Position numbers and translations under genes: made by a program. From Patescibacteria group bacterium (lineage in GTDB: Bacteria > Patescibacteriota > Patescibacteriia > UBA9934), in NCBI GenBank assembly GCA_041666205.1, contig JBAYHI010000002.1:725-64724 (forward strand): 64,000 bases of DNA. The letters are read 5' to 3'. Within the stretch, counting starts at the first letter, position 1, and the number at the start of each line of letters is the position of its first letter. The notes under the pieces are model-generated. The model was not told where the DNA came from. It saw only the letters and a program-made list of their open reading frames with translations, and did no database searches. Positions 61,406-64,000 of the stretch are shown piece after piece.

Positions 61406-61793
61406 ATTCCTCTGGTAAGGTACAAGAAAACATTTGTGCAAGTGTGGAAAGTTTTTGGCGACCAATGGATTGATATCCTTCTTTGGTTTCCCAAACTGGC
61501 ACGGCATTGATATCCTGATCTGTGCAAAGACTCAAATCATTTACATTCGACGGCGAACATTCAACATAGTTGATATACTTGAAGCTGGAACCGAAGTCCT
61601 CTTTCTGATTAGAACAATTCGAGCACCAAGAAGCGCCATACATTTTTCCGCCGGCATTGGTGATACAATTAGCGAACTCATCTAAATTCACCCCCGGAGA
61701 TGGTTTTGCTTGGGAGAGAAATGCTGCGAGAACAACACCCCCGAGTACGAGAATGGCAAATCCGACCATGAAGACGTTTGACGAAAATCGCAT
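61395..61793 (-). CDS. Membrane-anchored thioredoxin-like protein (VKOR partner)
   Basis: MYGASWCSNCSNQK..FG, YVEC, PVW. Confidence 0.85.
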   Translation of the reverse strand: MRFSSNVFMVGFAILVLGGVVLAAFLSQAKPSPGVNLDEFANCITNAGGKMYGASWCSNCSNQKEDFGSSFKYINYVECSPSNVNDLSLCTDQDINAVPVWETKEGYQSIGRQKLSTLAQMFSCTLPEEYVE

Positions 61794-61831
61794 AGATGCC
61801 CATAATAATGCCTTTTCAAGGTTTTCGCAAT

Positions 61832-62806
61832 ATGAACTGGAATGAAATTCAAAAACCCATCATTGGACTATCCCCCATGGCCGACATGACGGACTCGTCG
61901 TTTTGTCGTGTGGTGAAATCGATCGCGAACCCAATTATTTTCCGCGAAATGATTTCAGCCGAAGCGGTGGTGCGCGGAAATAAGAAAACGCTTGCAATGG
62001 CCAAGATCGACGATTCCGAGCGACCGCTCATTCAACAAATTTTCGGGTCTGATCCGATGGTGATGGCAAACGCCGCAAAAATCATTGAAGACCAGTTTCA
62101 CCCCGATGGCATCGATCTCAATATGGGGTGCCCTGCAAAGAAAATCGTTTCGAATTTCAATGGATCCGCGCTCATGAAAAACCCGGAACTCGCGGCTGAA
62201 ATTGTCAAAGCCGTAAAATCCGCTGTCTCCGTTCCGGTATCTGTGAAAATGCGTGCCGGGTGGAGTGACCCGGAAGCGTGCATTGAGTTTGCGCGCAAGA
62301 TGGAGGAAGCCGGAGCAGATCTTATTACGGTTCATGGGCGAACCGCTTCGCAAGGCTATTCGGGCAAAGCGCGCCGTGACGTGGTCGCGACCGTAAAAAA
62401 GCATGCGCATATCCCCGTCCTTTATAATGGCGACATTGAAACCGCAGAGGATTTCGTGCAAGCGCTCAAAGAAACCGGTTGCGACGGCGCGCTCATCGGA
62501 CGCGGGGCGCTTGGCAATCCCTGGATCTTCAAGCAAATCGAAGATATGCTTGCAGGCCATCCACCGCACCAGCCGACCGCTCCGGAACGATTTGATATCC
62601 TAGAGAAACACCTGGCGCTACACATGGCGCAATACGGGGAACAAAGTACGCCGTGGTTTCGAAAACATCTGATTCAATATCTTAAGGGATTGCCAAGCGC
62701 CAAATCGTGGCGCATTTCCCTCATGCAGGCAGAAACGCCACAAGACATTTTGAAGATTCTCGCGACCTATAGCCAAAACCTTGACCAAACCATCGAGAAC
62801 GTCTAG
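61832..62806 (+). CDS. dusB: tRNA-dihydrouridine synthase
   Basis: SPMADMTD, DLNMGCP, TVHGRT, NGDI, GRGALGNPW. Confidence 0.93.
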   Translation: MNWNEIQKPIIGLSPMADMTDSSFCRVVKSIANPIIFREMISAEAVVRGNKKTLAMAKIDDSERPLIQQIFGSDPMVMANAAKIIEDQFHPDGIDLNMGCPAKKIVSNFNGSALMKNPELAAEIVKAVKSAVSVPVSVKMRAGWSDPEACIEFARKMEEAGADLITVHGRTASQGYSGKARRDVVATVKKHAHIPVLYNGDIETAEDFVQALKETGCDGALIGRGALGNPWIFKQIEDMLAGHPPHQPTAPERFDILEKHLALHMAQYGEQSTPWFRKHLIQYLKGLPSAKSWRISLMQAETPQDILKILATYSQNLDQTIENV

Positions 62807-62832
62807 TATTGCAGCGCTTTTAAAAACATTGT

Positions 62833-63780
62833 ATGCGAATCGGAATTCTCACGTTCGTATCGGAAAAGAAAAAAATCGCCGTTGGCACCAGCCGTATTAT
62901 TGCACAGGCACGCAGTCGCGGGCATGAGGTAACGGTTTTTTATAAACAATACGTCGGGCTTGTTTTTGGAAATGGCAAAACACTCACCTATAAAGGCGAG
63001 GTCATCAATCCAAAAGACTATGACGTGATTTTGGTGCGGCCAGGGTTTACAGAAGATCCAAGTGTGAATTCTTCGATCATCAAGCAATTTCAGCTTGCAG
63101 GATTTTTTGTCTTGAATGGATATATCGGCGTATTCCGCGCAAAAAATAAAATTCGTACACTTCAGATGCTTGATCACTTCGGGATTCCGGTTCCAAAAAC
63201 CGTGGTCGTTGAAAATCTCGATCTGCTCGAAAAGGCTGCAACCGAATTTCACTTCCCGGTGATCATCAAAGCCGTACATGGCACGCATGGTCGTGGCGTT
63301 TTCTTGGCCGAGTCTGTGCGATCCTTAAAACCGATTGTTGAATATTTGACCACGCGCGAACACGGACCTGTTACGGTGCAGGAATATATCAAAGAAGCAA
63401 AAGGAAAAGATTTGCGCATTTTCGTACTTGGCAAACGCGTGGCCGCTGCCATGGAACGCGAAGCAACCGGCGAGGAATTCCGAGCCAATTTTCACAAAGG
63501 TGGCACCGTGACGCTTGCAGACCTCACAAAAGAAGAGCGCTTGATGGCGATTAAAGCCACACGTATTCTGGGCTTGGATATTTCCGGCGTGGATATTTTG
63601 CGTACAAAAACCGGACCAAAAATTATTGAGGTCAATTCAAACCCGGGTCTGGAAGGGATCAGTCTTGCCACGGGCATTGATGTTGCAAAAAAGGTCGTGG
63701 ATTTCTGCGAGCGCAGTGTAAAAAAATTGCCGAGCAAACAAAAACACCATCCGATTCAGGCGGCTGAGATGAAAGAATAA
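62833..63780 (+). CDS. rimK: RimK family ATP-grasp ligase
   Basis: GIPVPKT, GTHGRGV, QEYIKEAKGKDLR, FRANFHKGG, EVNSNPGLEG. Confidence 0.9.
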   Translation: MRIGILTFVSEKKKIAVGTSRIIAQARSRGHEVTVFYKQYVGLVFGNGKTLTYKGEVINPKDYDVILVRPGFTEDPSVNSSIIKQFQLAGFFVLNGYIGVFRAKNKIRTLQMLDHFGIPVPKTVVVENLDLLEKAATEFHFPVIIKAVHGTHGRGVFLAESVRSLKPIVEYLTTREHGPVTVQEYIKEAKGKDLRIFVLGKRVAAAMEREATGEEFRANFHKGGTVTLADLTKEERLMAIKATRILGLDISGVDILRTKTGPKIIEVNSNPGLEGISLATGIDVAKKVVDFCERSVKKLPSKQKHHPIQAAEMKE

Positions 63781-63787
63781 TTTTGAT

Positions 63788-63990
63788 CTCCACTTTCTTT
63801 GGACCAACAAAGAAAGTGGAGGGAAAGAAATTGGCTGTCAGGTCTGCGCTTGTCAAAGAGGCATACTGTCGTATCCGTCATCGTCCAGGGCGCGTCCAGA
63901 CATCTGGCAACCTGGTTATGGATTGCCAGAGTGTGGCCGCGCTATTCCTGGCCGACTGCCGGATTCCTCTTTGACAATGCTCGAGCTGAC
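63788..63990 (+). repeat. Long structured repeat element, copy B (candidate ncRNA or MITE)
   Basis: Homologous to 25929-26163 (inverted); starts 7 nt after the rimK stop. Confidence 0.85.
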
Positions 63991-64000
63991 GAATCAAATA

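Noticed and set aside
34540-63907. Shared 12-mer CCAGACATCTGG at 34540 and 63896
   Set aside because: Short, not conserved in copy A of the structured element; plausibly chance

Overview
64 kb of a compact bacterial chromosome. Gene content (short AlaRS, UvrD-nuclease fusion, DciA, PduL, secreted proteins with lineage-type C-terminal repeats, few Shine-Dalgarno sites) suggests Patescibacteria/CPR; this is an inference. Housekeeping genes: atpAGDC, mreBCD-mrdA, greA-lysS-serS-alr-ftsQ-like, gltX, clpB (with a CIRCE operator), tRNA-Ala(GGC), priA-def-fmt, a surface-glycan cluster, infA-rpmJ-rpsMKD-rpoA-rplQ-rplM-rpsI, alaS, murJ, era, VKOR/thioredoxin, dusB and rimK. A palindromic dif-like site at about 25.25 kb, where strand bias flips, probably marks the replication terminus. 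The most unusual layer is non-coding. (i) A 200-235 nt rod-like structured element occurs twice with compensatory base changes, each copy right behind a stop codon. (ii) A RAYT transposase carries a REP doublet inside its own ORF, and GTAG-REPs are dispersed. (iii) A GTCAT-tagged palindrome family includes one copy sitting in frame inside atpG. (iv) A MITE sits at the rpsI stop codon. (v) Four SD-led, self-contained accessory genes are each headed by a palindromic repeat. No CRISPR, rRNA or integrase was seen. All calls were made by eye from motifs; no database searches were run.
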